A stretch of DNA of 64,000 bases from Geosiphon pyriformis uo1 (taxonomy: Eukaryota > Fungi > Glomeromycota). The stretch lies in contig JAAOMT010000299.1 in NCBI GenBank assembly GCA_016748015.1, positions 533,090 to 597,089 of the forward strand, written 5' to 3'. The notes under the pieces were generated by a model. That model did no database searches, was not told where the DNA came from, and was given only the letters and a program-made list of their open reading frames with translations. A program made the position numbers and the translations under genes. Below, in pieces: positions 1 to 14,145 of the stretch (its first letter is position 1; every line of letters starts with the position of its first letter).

Positions 1-463
1 TCACTCATTAAAACTAATAAAAAAAAAATTAAATAATAAAAAATAAATAAATAAGTTAAATTAGTTAAATAAAATTAAACTTTGAATTATATTAAGTGTT
101 TTCAATAACAAAATCTAATAAATTAAATATTTTTAAAAATGGTAAAAAATAAAAAAAATTATTATTAAAACTATTATATATTATTTAAAATTAAAATTAT
201 TATTATTTATTGAATTGTTACTTTAAAAAGCTGTTTATAAAACTAAAATAAAAAAATTTATAAACCTATTTACAAATTAAAATAATAAAAATATCAAAAA
301 ATTATTTCTGTAATAATATATATGCTTTATTAAATATATTAACTTAATAGCTAAAATTTTTGTGAATTTTGATGGTAACAGTATTGATTTGTTAATTGTG
401 ACTCACCAAATAAAGATTTTTGGTTGTAACTGCAATATTAATTTTTGCCTTCTTTTCCATAAG

Positions 464-2114
464 ATGCACGATTTCATGGAATATTGTCTTCGTCAATATT
501 TTAAAACAACTGGCTGGAATGAAAATAATCAATATTCAAATTTCTGCTCAGCTTCACGAGGTGAGTGCAACCCCTAAGCAAAAGTAGGTTAAGCTCAAGA
601 TATGAGAGTATGTGGACTTTTATTTGTTCTTCGAGCCTTGAACCGCTGCTCCTTTTAGCTATTCTAGAGTTCAAAACTCCGCGTGGTTTTACTTGTACGA
701 TGTCAAAGATGCCTGTACCACTTTTCAAAAATTCTCACTCAATTAACGCCTTACCAACACTGAGTGGCTCTATCGGATACCTTTTCACTTCACGTCCGGT
801 TATCGTGGAGCCTAGTGCACAAATAAATATAGAAGAATTAATAGATAGATTTTATATACACTACCCTTCTCAAACACAAACATCGAATGGACCTTCAGAT
901 ACTTTTGAAGAAAACAATAAGCAATATCAAAAAGGTTATTGTTGAATTATGAGTTTCTTGTCCTTTCTACAATTCGATTGCTAACTTTATCATAGACTAT
1001 CTGTTTTTTGGGCGTCTTTATATCCCATCGACACGTCTTGAAGCACTTTACACCAAACGATTTTCACCAAATTTACAGGGTGTGATTTCAGGTGTCAGCG
1101 ATCCGAAATCGAGAGCGGCTTCTAATGTAAAAAACCTCATATAGTCGAATGGTGTATTCACAGTTTTTATATTCTTTCTATTTTATGCAGTTATCCGCTG
1201 AGCTACATTACGATGCGGGTAAATGGTGTACAGAATTGTCTTTCTCTACAGATGGGGCCTTATTTGGCCTCAGAGGATTATACAATTTTGATGGAGATGC
1301 AGGGGAGGATACAGCGAACTCTGAGTATTGTATTGCACAAACTGATGAGTTTAAATCACCAACGATTGCAGAAATGGCTTTTTTTGATCAATCATCAATT
1401 GAACCAAATGATTACGATGAAGAAGCTGTGATTGGACTAAAAGGACAGTGGTCAGCAGGTGCAGAATTATATTATGGCGTCAGGGAGAGAAGCGGGGGAG
1501 GTGTGTAAATTTGCCAACAGGATGATTCTCAAGTTGATATTCTCGTTTTGAAGTTTTGAGGATGCAATTACATCGGAACTGGCCCATAACCCTTCATACA
1601 CCAACTAGTGTCAACTGGGGTAAGATATCGTACCCTTCCGCAAAATCCAACTCAGTCACCTCTTACCGTGACCTACCTTTTTAACCCTATTATGGGGCAT
1701 ATGTCAGCTGCTTTTGCAGCTCAAGTTTCTGATGACCTTGCTCTTTGCCCAAAATTTGATTTCAACATGTATAGCTATGAGAGTGATTTGGTGCTAGGAT
1801 GTGAATGGTGGCAAAGAGAAAAAGCTCTAAAGGTTAATAATGAGAGTCAGAGTTTATCTTCCAACGAAATTAAATCTTTGGATGAGGTCCAAGGTGTGGT
1901 CAAAGCTACTATCGGTGCATCAAAGGCAAGAAAAACTTGAGCTTTTAATTGGTGTTATGAAAATCATTAATTTATTTTAGTTTAGGGCGTTCGATTGTTG
2001 TGGGAAGGCCGATATGGACGCTGCTTATTTAGCATGGGTGTTGTTGCAGATTTGACCTCTCGATCATCTCCTATACGTTCTGTGGGCTTAGAGTTTCAAT
2101 ATTTCTCATCGTGA
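464..2114 (+). CDS. MDM10: Mitochondrial distribution and morphology protein 10 (ERMES/SAM beta-barrel), 6 exons
   Basis: ATG 464 gives [26 protein letters not shown]. Later exons read [72 protein letters not shown] and a C-terminal GLEFQYFSS* (TGA 2112-2114). The last intron is GC-AG. Confidence 0.93.
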
Positions 2115-2399
2115 GCAAATTCAATTTTCCTCGACCTAAACTATTGTTTTGGTTCTTATGCTTGATTATTAAGAGCCTTGTAAAAGCCAACGGATTAAGT
2201 CTAAAACAATTTGTGAAAATTAATTTTGATCCACATTTTCTTGGAATCAGAGATAATCTAATAGCATCAGTTTTAAAAATTTTGGAATGATTGACAATTT
2301 AATTGGTCGTACAACCACTTGGTTGAATCATAGGATGATCTCCACTTTCAATTTTATACACCTAATCGTGGATTATAATAGCAATAAAAATATATCCTT

Positions 2400-3209
2400 A
2401 TGGAAGAAGACATTGATTATGGGGAAGTGCCTTTGCTAATTGTATTTGACCTTGATTACACACTCTGGCCTCTGTGGTGGGTTCCGAGTATGAAATTTAT
2501 GTATAGCGAAAGGAAAGTTTACCCCAATTGATTACAGGGTAGATACACACATTTCCGGGCCCCCTTTTCGAGCCATCGCTTCGAAGCCTTATAGAGTGAC
2601 AGACAAGTAATATTATCATCAAAATCAAATGGAGTTATATACCCTTTTGAAATAAGTCAATTCATTTGTAGTATCTTCTTTTTTTGCTTTAAAGGAATGG
2701 AAAGGAAGTCAAACTTTATGAGGATGTTCCAGAAATTTTAAACTTAATTAGAAGTTTTCCGAATACGAGAATGGCTGTTGCGTCTAGGACACATGCCCCG
2801 GACTGGTAAAGAAATAACTTTTGTCAATTTATATACAAATCTTTTCAAAAAATTCAAAAAATTCAAAAATGGGAAAAGGGCACGGGAAATACTCGCCTTA
2901 ATCCCCTTCCCGTCTGCAAAAAATGTGGAAGAGAAATCAAATTTCCCGTCAAAAAGACCGAAAAAAGGGATATATCAAACATTAGCTGATCAAATTGACT
3001 ATTTCGAAATCTATCCTGGCTCAAAATTAAACCATTTTCGCGCCTTGCATACTAAAACTGGCGTTTCCTACAGTGATATGATCTTCTTTGATGATGAGGC
3101 AAGAAATCAGGAAGTCGAGCGGGATTTAGGTGTTAAGTTTGTCCATGTGCCCAAAGGATTAACCATGAAAATTTTCCTTGAGGCATTAAAAGAATTCAAT
3201 CCAAGCTAA
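2400..3209 (+). CDS. MDP1: Magnesium-dependent phosphatase 1 (HAD IIIC acid phosphatase), 4 exons
   Basis: ATG 2400 gives MEEDIDYGEVPLLIVFDLDYTLWPLW (DxDxT motif). VASRT, EIYPGSK..HF and MIFFDDEARN motifs follow. Confidence 0.88.
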
Positions 3210-3331
3210 TAAATATACATGCAATAAGATCCATTATTAACCTGTAGCCAATCATAAGTGAAATAAATTTACCTACATTTTGGTATTTTACTCCTGCTTT
3301 CGAAGTTTAACTTTAGTCAATCAAATTCAAA

Positions 3332-6300
3332 ATGGTGAGGGTGAGAGTTGGATTAAAACAGATCTGAAAGGCCTTGCTTCAAAAGAAATTAAAAATCTAT
3401 TATTGATGGTGGACTATTTTTTATTCCTTCCCATTCTGCTTGGGTTTCTATTGTTCAGGGGATGCGATTGGAAATTAAGGTGGTCTTTTATTTCTAGTCT
3501 TCTTTTCGATATTCTCGATACTTTTCCCTTGACATTTTTTTGATGTCATATAGCGTAAACTATTTGCTCGTTCTGATCGCGTTAAATGCGTAGATTTCCA
3601 CCCAAGTGAAACTTGGCTGCTTGCGAGTTTGTATAACGGAAACGTTTACATTTGGAATTATGAGACGCAGGTATTTTATGTCTAAATATTCTTTAATAGT
3701 TAAAAGTATAAGGTTGAAGGTTCATTAAACTAAATTCAATCAAATGCTTTTATTAGGCTTTAGTGAAGACTTTCGAAGTTACTGATATGCCAGGTATAAT
3801 TATTTGATTATGGTGCTAGTTAACTAAAATGACTGCAGAATTTATGCTGAGTTTTTAATTTGTTGAAACATAGTTCGCGCAGCTAAATTCATCGCACGTA
3901 AAAATTGGCTTACAACCGGCTCAGATGACATGCAAATCCGTGTATTCAATTATAATACCCATGAAAAAGTCACCACATTTGAGGCGCATCCTGATTACAT
4001 TCGCTGCATCGCCGTTCATCCTACACAATCCTTTATCTTGACTGGATCTGACGATATGACCATCAAACTATGGGATTGGGAAAAAGGATGGAAATGTGTT
4101 CAAGTTAAATATTTAATTTCCGTCGATTTCTCAGATGTTCAGCATGTCTTTAATTATATATTTTCAACATAGGTTTTTGAAGGACACACACATTATGTCA
4201 TGAACATTAATTTCAATCCCAAGGATTCAAATACATTTGCTTCTGCTTGTTTGGATCGTTCAATCAAAGTATGGTCATTGGGCTCACCTGTAGCCAATTT
4301 CACACTTGAAGGTCACGAGAAAGGAGTCAACTGGGTAGACTATTATCATGGCGGGGAAAAACCATATCTTGTTTCTGCTGCCGATGATACATTGGTTAAA
4401 ATTTGGGACTACCAGAATAAAACATGTGTACAGACTTTGGAAGGTCATACACAAAATGCCGCTTTCGCATGTTTTCACCCCGAACTGCCAATAATTGTAT
4501 CTGGCAGTGAAGATGGTACAGTCAAATTATGGCATTCAAATACTTATAGACTAGAGAATACACTCAATTATGGTCTAGAACGTGCCTGGACTGTCGCCTA
4601 TCAGAAAGGCAATAATAATGTGGCCTTTGGGTACGATGAGGGTGCAGTTTGCATAAAAGTAGGTATTTTAATAATTTAAACTTTTTTACTTTCGAAATGT
4701 TATAAACACGTTATACTATATAACCATGTAAGTTGGGCCGTGAAGAACCAGCTGTAAGCATGGATAATTCCGGAAAGATTATTTGGGCCAAGCATAATGA
4801 AATACAGACAGCCAATGTTAAGGCCGGCTATGGTATGTATTTATGATGTTGGAAATTGATTAATCATGTATAACCAGGTTTTCTTCGACTTGCTCCTTTG
4901 CCTCAGACGATAATATCAAAGATGGTGAACGGCTGCCGCTACCCGTAAAGGATCTTGGTAGTTGTGAAGTTTACCCACAAACATTACAACATAGTCCTAA
5001 TGGAAGGTGAGCAAGATATATTATATTGGAAAAAAAACATTGATGTTTCTCTGATTCTTGAATCTTATTTGTTTTCTCTAGGTTCGTAGTTGTTTGTGGG
5101 GATGGTGAATATATCATTTATACAGCTTTGGCATGGAGAAATAAAGGCTTCGGTAACGGGTTGGAGTTTGTATGGGCTTTAGATTCTAATGAGTAGGTGT
5201 TTTCAAATTTAATTTCACTGCTTCGACAAACTATTACACTGATGGTTATATTCAAAATCCTTATTAAAGGTATGCTGTAAGAGAGTCTACTACCAAAGTG
5301 AAGCTCTACAAAAACTTCAAAGAGCGCCCCAATATCATCAAATTAAACTTTTCCGCTGAGGGGATTTTTGGAGGGACTCTTTTAGGCGTGAAAAGCTCCA
5401 GTTTCTTAAATCTTTATGATTGGGAAACTGGTTTCGTCATACGAAGGATTGATGTCATCCCCAAAACGGTAAGTTTGTTTTAACTCGGGACTTAAGTTTT
5501 AAAATTTTATTTTGTTCGATATCATGAAAAGCATTCAACAATAGGTCTACTGGAATGATACTGGGGATCTTGTGACTATCGCTTGTGAGGATACCTTTTA
5601 CGTCTTGCGGTTCAACCGGCAGGCTTATGTACAATACATAGAGAATGGAGGTGAAGTCGGGGAAGAAGGCGTAGAACAAGCGTTTGAATTTGTCACAGAG
5701 ATACCTGAAAGGTAATCAATCCTCATTGATTTCAATTAATGGGATATTCAATATAACTTTTTTATGTCGCTAGCATCAAAACCGGCACCTGGATCGGTGA
5801 TTGTTTTATTTACACAAATGCAGTTAACCGTTTAAATTATCTTGTTGGAGCACAAACTTTCACGATTAGTCATTTTGACAGGTATGTACATAATCTTCGA
5901 TAGCTCCAAGAATTCCATTTTACTAAACAATAATTTTGCATGTTGCAGCAACATGTATCTATTAGGCTATATTCCCAAAGATAACCGGATATATTTGGCC
6001 GACAAAGTAATTACAATAATGAGCTTTACTTTATAAGATATCCAAATTTGGGACACACTTTTATGACAAATAATTCTGAAAACTAATGCATATTTTCCCG
6101 TATTACAGGATGTAAATGTATATAGCTACACACTTTCTTTAACGGTTATCGAGTATCAGACTGCCATATTGCGTGGCGATCTTGAAGCAGCAGAGGAGCT
6201 TTTACCTTCTATACCTGATGACCAACGCAATCGTATTGCACGTTTTTTAGAAAGTCATGGTTTGTTATTCATAAATCTTTTTGGAGAGATTAAACAAGAA

Positions 6301-7877
6301 CAAAATGTTGACCTTTACTATTTTAATAGACCTTAAAGAACTTGCACTCGAGGTTTCCGCAGATGTTGAACATAAATTCGAACTTGCAATCCAACTCGAC
6401 AAACTCGATGTTGCTGTTGAAATTGCAAGGGAAGCCGACTCCGAGGCTAAATGGAAAGCTGTTGGTGATTCTGCGTTGAACTCTTGGAAGGTTCAAACAT
6501 ATTCATTTTTCAAGCTCCAAGTCCTTGTTTTAAAATATTTGCAACGTATTTAATTCGGATATCCTGCATCAGTTTCCACTGGCAGAAGAATGCCTCAAAA
6601 AAGCTAAAGATCTGAGTGGGTTACTACTATTGTACACCGCCTCTGGAAACGCAAAAGGGATAAAAGAGTTGGCAAGAGTGTCTGGTATTTTTTGATTCTA
6701 CCGATCATTGATAGCTTGGGAATTCTGCCATTTTTTAATTGTTTGTTAACCTTAAATAACGATATCTTGAAGCTGCCGATGGCAAGAACAATATTGCTTT
6801 TGCTTGTTATTTACAGCTTGGTTTGGTAGAAGAATGTATTGATATTCTCATCAAGACTGACCGTATCCCAGAAGCAGCGATGTTTGCAAGAACTTATCTT
6901 CCGAGGTTAGTTCTTTGAGATTCCTGTCAAATTAGAAAAGCCGCATTCGTCCCAACCTAAGTCCCTTTATATTAGTCAGGTTACTCGAGTAGTAAAACTA
7001 TGGCGTGAAAGTCTGGAAAAACAGAACAAAAATAAAGCTGCAGAAGCTTTAGCTGATCCAGCAGATTATGAAAATCTATTCCCCAATTACAAACATGTAG
7101 GTAAAAAAAAATTTTTATCTTCCAACTCTTGATTACGCGTAAATTGACTTTGAATATTATGTTATAGGCACTAATTGCTGAGGAACTCTCTAAAAAGACC
7201 AGAAATAGCATGGTTCCTGCTACCGCTTATTCAGAATATAAAGACGGTCTTGAACAAGACATCATTGCAGGTCAGGGTCATTATCATGTGTTGGTCTGAC
7301 ATTTTGAATAATTACCGAGTTTTTATCTTTAATAGACATTAAGGAAAAGTACCCTGATGGGGTGTTTCCTTCAAATCCCTCGTCTCCTTTGCAAAATCGT
7401 CTTGTTAGCAACATCGCCAGGCGAAGCGTGAATGGAGATTTTGATGACGACGTTAGTATATTTTTTCCAGGTTTATTGTATTCACTAGGTTTCATATACT
7501 ATACTATCATTTTTGAATTTGTGATATAGGTCCTGTCTTCAGTTGCATCTGTGGATGATGATCGCATAAGTGTAGCTGATAATATGAGTCTTTTGAGTAT
7601 GGAAGGTAAGAACACGCAAAATCCAAAAGGCATTCCTTTTTTTAAGACCATCATTCTTTTCTTTTTGTAGTCAACACGACTGGTACTGGTTCAGTGAGAG
7701 TATGTCTTAAAATCTATCATTTCCGGTGGACAATCTGATTTCTGAGTATGCCAGCTAAAGATGTTTAAATAAAATTAGGGTGATGTGGATTTTGATGACA
7801 ATTCGTCACTCGCTACATCAGAGCAAGAACGTCCTATGGTGGGTGATGATAAAGAACTTGATGAGCTTTTGTCCTAA
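3332..7877 (+). CDS. SEC27: Coatomer subunit beta' (COPI), about 20+ introns
   Basis: Exons read (MG)[25 protein letters not shown]40 repeats ([26 protein letters not shown]), [19 protein letters not shown] and [10 protein letters not shown], then an acidic tail ending ELDELLS* at 7877. The start is either an ATG-only exon at 3332 or ATG 3462. Confidence 0.95.
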
Positions 7878-8261
7878 ACCATATGCCCAAAGGCATTCGC
7901 TGCCAGGTAAATACTAGTCGAAAATGATCAATTGATGAGTTAAACGAAAATAACATTTCAACTTTTCGATTATATAGATGAATTCAAGAGGCGGTTGACA
8001 TCGAGACACATAATTGAATACGGCCGGAAGATTTAAAAATATAACACAAATCGATCTCAAATACCCAAACCAGAAAAGTTTCATTTCAGAATTTATCTGC
8101 CCAAGAAAACGATGGTTCAGAAGAAGCTGAAGATTTTAATGATTTCACTTTTATGCAGTTGGAACAAATGCTTGAAACGATAGAAATAATTTCATCGACT
8201 ATGACTTGTTAAAAATGGTTTCCGAAGTAAATTTATAGAAAATTCCAGAAATTCCAGAAAT

Positions 8262-10701
8262 TCACTTCTTTAATGAGGCAAATAGAGGACCTCCTGATGG
8301 TCCAAGATCTCGATGGAGATTTTCTTTAATAGGCCAACCTTTCCCCAATTGAGCCATATTAAATTGCCGTTCATCATTTTTTACTCCAAGTTGATCTAGC
8401 AAAATTTTCATCTTTGCTGGCATTATAGGTTGCAATAAAATCCCAACAATACGGACGGATTCCGTGACATAATATAACACATCATTTACTCGCTCCGTCT
8501 GATCCGGGTTTTTGATCAACATCCAAGGCTGATTTTCGGTGATATATTTGTTCACCTATAGAGGGATACTTCATGATTAAAATTATTGGAAATTTTTGAA
8601 GTAAAAGACCAACACTTTCACCTCTGCTAATGAATTAGAAATAGCTTCAAGGGCTTTGCTAAACTCGACCTTCTCGTAATATTGATTAACGAGACCTATA
8701 GATATCATAATGTTATTACCAATCTGTTAATTTAAAGCCAATCGAGGCTCTCAATTAAGACTAACCCGGTAAATTGGTTAAATTATCGACTAATTGCAGG
8801 TCATTGGTAGAGGTTATTGGTGGTTTCTGTGGAATATGTCGTGATGGATTAAGAGCCATCGAAGTACTACGCGACAAAAGGTTACCCAATTGCCCTGCTA
8901 GCTCTTTATGGTACCGAATCTGAATTCGTGATACTGAATAATCTTCAATGATTCCAAGTCAATTATTTAAATCAAAAGTTGAGAGTACATATTATCGTTG
9001 TCTCTAATGAATCAACTAACCGGAGTCATCAGAAATCCCACCATCCCTCATGAGGAAGTATCGAATCGCATCAACCCCAAATTGTGCCAGAGCCTCAAAT
9101 GGGTCTGCAACATTCCCTCGACTTTTGGACATTTTTTGCTGCCCCATTGTCCAATGGGAGTGTGCTAATATTTTCTTCGGAAGGGCTATATGGGTAGCCA
9201 TTAAGAACGCGGGCCATAAGATCGCATGGAATCTTATAGGAATAGAAGTAAAATATTACATTCTAGAAAAGCTGAACCTATTGAAAATTATTGAATCAAA
9301 ACCTTAGAATATCCTTTCCGATTATATGAATATCTGCTGGCCAACCTTTGCTTGAAATGGCCTCGGGGTTTTCTTCCTGCCATGGAAAACCAGTGGCGGT
9401 CAAATAGTTGATTAAAGCATCGACCCAAACGTATATTGTTTGCTCAGGATCATCCGGTACGGCAATCGCCCAATTAACTCTGGAGCTACTCCTAGAGATA
9501 GATACATCTTGTAAACCAGTTTCCAACATGGATTTAACTTCGTTCATTCGAATCTTTGGTTCAATGACTTTCAATTAAAAAAATTTAATGTTATTTAGAC
9601 GTAGCTGAAGGACGCACTAGGGAGACTAATCGCCTCAACTGTTTTGGCTCACCAGAAGGATTTTCATCCAACCAATCTAAAAGACGATCACGCAACATAG
9701 GAAGACGAAATTTATAATTTTCTTCGGACATCCACGTTACTTGTTGTCCAGATTCGATGGCAACCTGAGGAAATTCAATAAGATCTCATACGGGCCCACA
9801 AGTCTAGTAGCAAAGGTGATGAATTTTCCTTTTGTAATCACACCGTGATAATTTCTCCAGTAGTTGGCCCTTGGATTTCTTTTACTTGCTTCGCTGTGTA
9901 AAAAGCTTCGTCAGATATTGAATACCACCCTTCGTGTAAGTCTTTATAGACATAAGGGCTATTGATCAGACGCTCCTATCCAGAAATTCAGATCATATCT
10001 GTCGAAATATTTCATTCAGAATGTAGACATGTTTTACACTGAAAATAATACCCAAAAAGTTTGAACCGCCTCTTTATGCTTCGCATCGGTTGTTCGAATG
10101 AATTTCGAATATTCAATGTTTGCGATATTAAATAGATCCTTTTTTAAGGTTACCAGAATCAGGATATAAAATTAATGAGACGAAGGGTAACTGCAGGAAT
10201 AAAAAGAAAAATTTGCCTTGAATTGCTGTGATACTTCGTCACAAAATTCTTGAGGGTTCCTTAGCTTATTTGCGGCTGCTTGTTTTATCTGCGATTGGAA
10301 ATTCATGGAGTCAAAAGGATGAACTGCAGAACCAAGGCTTAACAATCTCTACCTTTGACCCGTGCTCGTCGGTTCCTGTACTGAGAATGACTTTGCTACC
10401 TTTAAGTTCATGATAGCGTTTCAGACAGTCCCCCAATACAGCAGAATACAAGTGGCCAATGTGCGGCTCTATTTTGAAAAAATTTAGAGTATTTATCGTG
10501 CATCTTGAAACACTTGAGAGGATACATTCAACTAGAAAGAAATTTTGGTTTGCGCGTACTTGAATTTACATAAAATACTGGTGTACTAATATAAACTGGT
10601 TTTGTTAATACAGTGGATAGCTTCCTGTAGAAACAAAATATTGGTACGGTGCGCTTAGGGTTCTGAAGGAAATAAGAGGAAAAAGAATTTCCCCAAGACA
10701 T
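8262..10701 (-). CDS. MSM1: Methionyl-tRNA synthetase, mitochondrial type, multi-exon
   Basis: An N-terminal presequence-like stretch is followed by [17 protein letters not shown] (HIGH), [25 protein letters not shown] and KMSKS, then the anticodon domain ([10 protein letters not shown]). Confidence 0.92.
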
Positions 10702-13700
10702 CGTCAATGTGACGCTTGACTTCCAATGAACTGTTGAGTTTGTTGATTCGAAATTCTAAGATTATCTGAAATAACTTTTCAGCCCGTGATTAAATAATCA
10801 AAGATATATCAACACAGTTGCTTAAATCTATTAGGTACGAGACTTAAAGGCTAGTATAATAGCTACAATAAATTCTATTCTGGTTTGTATCTAAATTTTA
10901 AACAATAAGAAGCTTTCAAATATCGCCAAGGCATAGATCTCATTATTGAGGGTGTTTCTAATAGTTAGCCGAAAAATCTACCTTCGTCGATGAAAGGTTC
11001 GTAAGCACCTGATCCTAAGAAATCCCCTTCATCAGCGGGACCTAACCCGCCAGGAATACCACCACCACTCAAACCAAGGTGTTGCTATTGAGAATCACAA
11101 AAATTTCGTTTAAAAGGAAAGGAAGTTCCTGAAAATCAAAATGACGAAAATGCGAAAATATCTTTACCTTGGATAAATATTCCTTACTGCATCCAACCAA
11201 ATGGTCTGTCTTAATGACGTGTTGAGTGACAGCCGCCGCTTGTGCTATCTGTTCTTCAAGTTTAGAAACAGTGAGAGAGGTGTTGAAACGATCTGGATTG
11301 TCATGGAAGCAAACCATGCCATTCTGATGAGAATGACTGATTGTAGCAAATATCTCGCGCGATTCAATCTATCAGAATAAATTATGTTATATAAAATGAT
11401 AGTTGAAAAAGCGAAAAATCCATTTTAATTAATCTCACCATGCGCAGTACATATTCTTCGGCTATCTTTGGAGCATTAGAACCCTCTAATCCAACTGTTT
11501 CTGCAATATCTGTCAATGATAATGTCAAATAAGTTTGGGTAAGTTGTTGGATTTTTTGACGGTATATGGCGTCCAGCGTCTGTTTAGCAAGGCCAAGGTT
11601 TTTATCCTGTATTGTGGATTTACAATTTGTTCTATTAAACAATAATAGCTTAAGTTGAATCCAACCATTTACAATAAGTACCTTTTTGAAAGTATCCGAA
11701 CATTTCTGTAATTCATTTCGAACGCGTTTTACATTCAAACTTTCAAAAGCGGTCGCGAAATCTTGATATGCTTGGCAATGATTCTTAACTGAGCGGAAAA
11801 CCGCCACAGCAGTATACTTTGGCAAAGGAAAAATCTAGATAGATCAATATCAATAAAAAGATAAACTTAATATTGACATGATCTAAGAAGTTATAGGTTT
11901 AGAAACGTGTAAATAACTAACCTTTCCGTTTAACAATAAAGAGACGAGAACGTACTTTTTGTAAGATTCAATCTGGATTGCACTTGTAGCTGCAGAGGGC
12001 GCAGATATTGCCTAATTATTATAGATTTCCAATGAGTTCAAAATACTTGATTCTAAAATTTAGGTAGAGGAACTTACCAATTGGAAAAAGTACAAAGCAC
12101 GTTCATAGTTTTTCAATCCTATATATATCATTCCACCGTAATAATGATATAAGAGATGATCCGTATATGTAATTCCAGTTGACTATTAGCTCGCATATAA
12201 TATGAATCATTTTAGGAAAAAAGAAAAATTTAAAGATAATAAANNNNNNNNNNNNNNNNNNNNGTGCTCGTCGGTTCCTGTACTGAGAATGACTTTGCTA
12301 CCTTTAAGTTCATGATAGCGTTTCAGACAGTCCCCCAATACAGCAGAATACAAGTGGCCAATGTGCGGCTCTATTTTGAAAAAATTTAGAGTATTTATCG
12401 TGCATCTTGAAACACTTGAGAGGATACATTCAACTAGAAAGAAATTTTGGTTTGCGCGTACTTGAATTTACATAAAATACTGGTGTACTAATATAAACTG
12501 GTTTTGTTAATACAGTGGATAGCTTCCTGTAGAAACAAAATATTGGTACGGTGCGCTTAGGGTTCTGAAGGAAATAAGAGGAAAAAGAATTTCCCCAAGA
12601 CATCGTCAATGTGACGCTTGACTTCCAATGAACTGTTGAGTTTGTTGATTCGAAATTCTAAGATTATCTGAAATAACTTTTCAGCCCGTGATTAAATAAT
12701 CAAAGATATATCAACACAGTTGCTTAAATCTATTAGGTACGAGACTTAAAGGCTAGTATAATAGCTACAATAAATTCTATTCTGGTTTGTATCTAAATTT
12801 TAAACAATAAGAAGCTTTCAAATATCGCCAAGGCATAGATCTCATTATTGAGGGTGTTTCTAATAGTTAGCCGAAAAATCTACCTTCGTCGATGAAAGGT
12901 TCGTAAGCACCTGATCCTAAGAAATCCCCTTCATCAGCGGGACCTAACCCGCCAGGAATACCACCACCACTCAAACCAAGGTGTTGCTATTGAGAATCAC
13001 AAAAATTTCGTTTAAAAGGAAAGGAAGTTCCTGAAAATCAAAATGACGAAAATGCGAAAATATCTTTACCTTGGATAAATATTCCTTACTGCATCCAACC
13101 AAATGGTCTGTCTTAATGACGTGTTGAGTGACAGCCGCCGCTTGTGCTATCTGTTCTTCAAGTTTAGAAACAGTGAGAGAGGTGTTGAAACGATCTGGAT
13201 TGTCATGGAAGCAAACCATGCCATTCTGATGAGAATGACTGATTGTAGCAAATATCTCGCGCGATTCAATCTATCAGAATAAATTATGTTATATAAAATG
13301 ATAGTTGAAAAAGCGAAAAATCCATTTTAATTAATCTCACCATGCGCAGTACATATTCTTCGGCTATCTTTGGAGCATTAGAACCCTCTAATCCAACTGT
13401 TTCTGCAATATCTGTCAATGATAATGTCAAATAAGTTTGGGTAAGTTGTTGGATTTTTTGACGGTATATGGCGTCCAGCGTCTGTTTAGCAAGGCCAAGG
13501 TTTTTATCCTGTATTGTGGATTTACAATTTGTTCTATTAAACAATAATAGCTTAAGTTGAATCCAACCATTTACAATAAGTACCTTTTTGAAAGTATCCG
13601 AACATTTCTGTAATTCATTTCGAACGCGTTTTACATTCAAACTTTCAAAAGCGGTCGCGAAATCTTGATATGCTTGGCAATGATTCTTAACTGAGCGGAA

Positions 13701-14145
13701 AACCGCCACAGCAGTATACTTTGGCAAAGGAAAAATCTAGATAGATCAATATCAATAAAAAGATAAACTTAATATTGACATGATCTAAGAAGTTATAGGT
13801 TTAGAAACGTGTAAATAACTAACCTTTCCGTTTAACAATAAAGAGACGAGAACGTACTTTTTGTAAGATTCAATCTGGATTGCACTTGTAGCTGCAGAGG
13901 GCGCAGATATTGCCTAATTATTATAGATTTCCAATGAGTTCAAAATACTTGATTCTAAAATTTAGGTAGAGGAACTTACCAATTGGAAAAAGTACAAAGC
14001 ACGTTCATAGTTTTTCAATCCTATATATATCATTCCACCGTAATAATGATATAAGAGATGATCCGTATATGTAATTCCAGTTGACTATTAGCTCGCATAT
14101 AATATGAATCATTTTAGGAAAAAAGAAAAATTTAAAGATAATAAA
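10362..14145. repeat. Tandem duplication of about 1.88 kb (10362-12243 = 12264-14145) either side of a 20-N gap; probable assembly overlap
   Basis: The two copies are offset by 1902 bp with identical ORF translations, and both breakpoints coincide with the N run at 12244-12263. Confidence 0.9.
10965..12243 (-). other. Duplicate 3' half of CSN3 (no start codon, truncated by the gap)
   Basis: Same sequence as 12867-14145. Confidence 0.85.

Noticed and set aside
1-360. AT-rich tract as an organellar insertion or a defined element
   Set aside because: No recognisable gene, RNA or termini; most simply a terminally decayed repeat.
3280-3543. 87-aa hydrophobic ORF
   Set aside because: It spans SEC27's first introns; the hydrophobicity comes from polypyrimidine tracts.
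7878-8212. Possible extra acidic SEC27 exons or a 3' UTR intron after the stop
   Set aside because: Splice-like signals exist, but no confident frame-preserving model can be built without RNA data.
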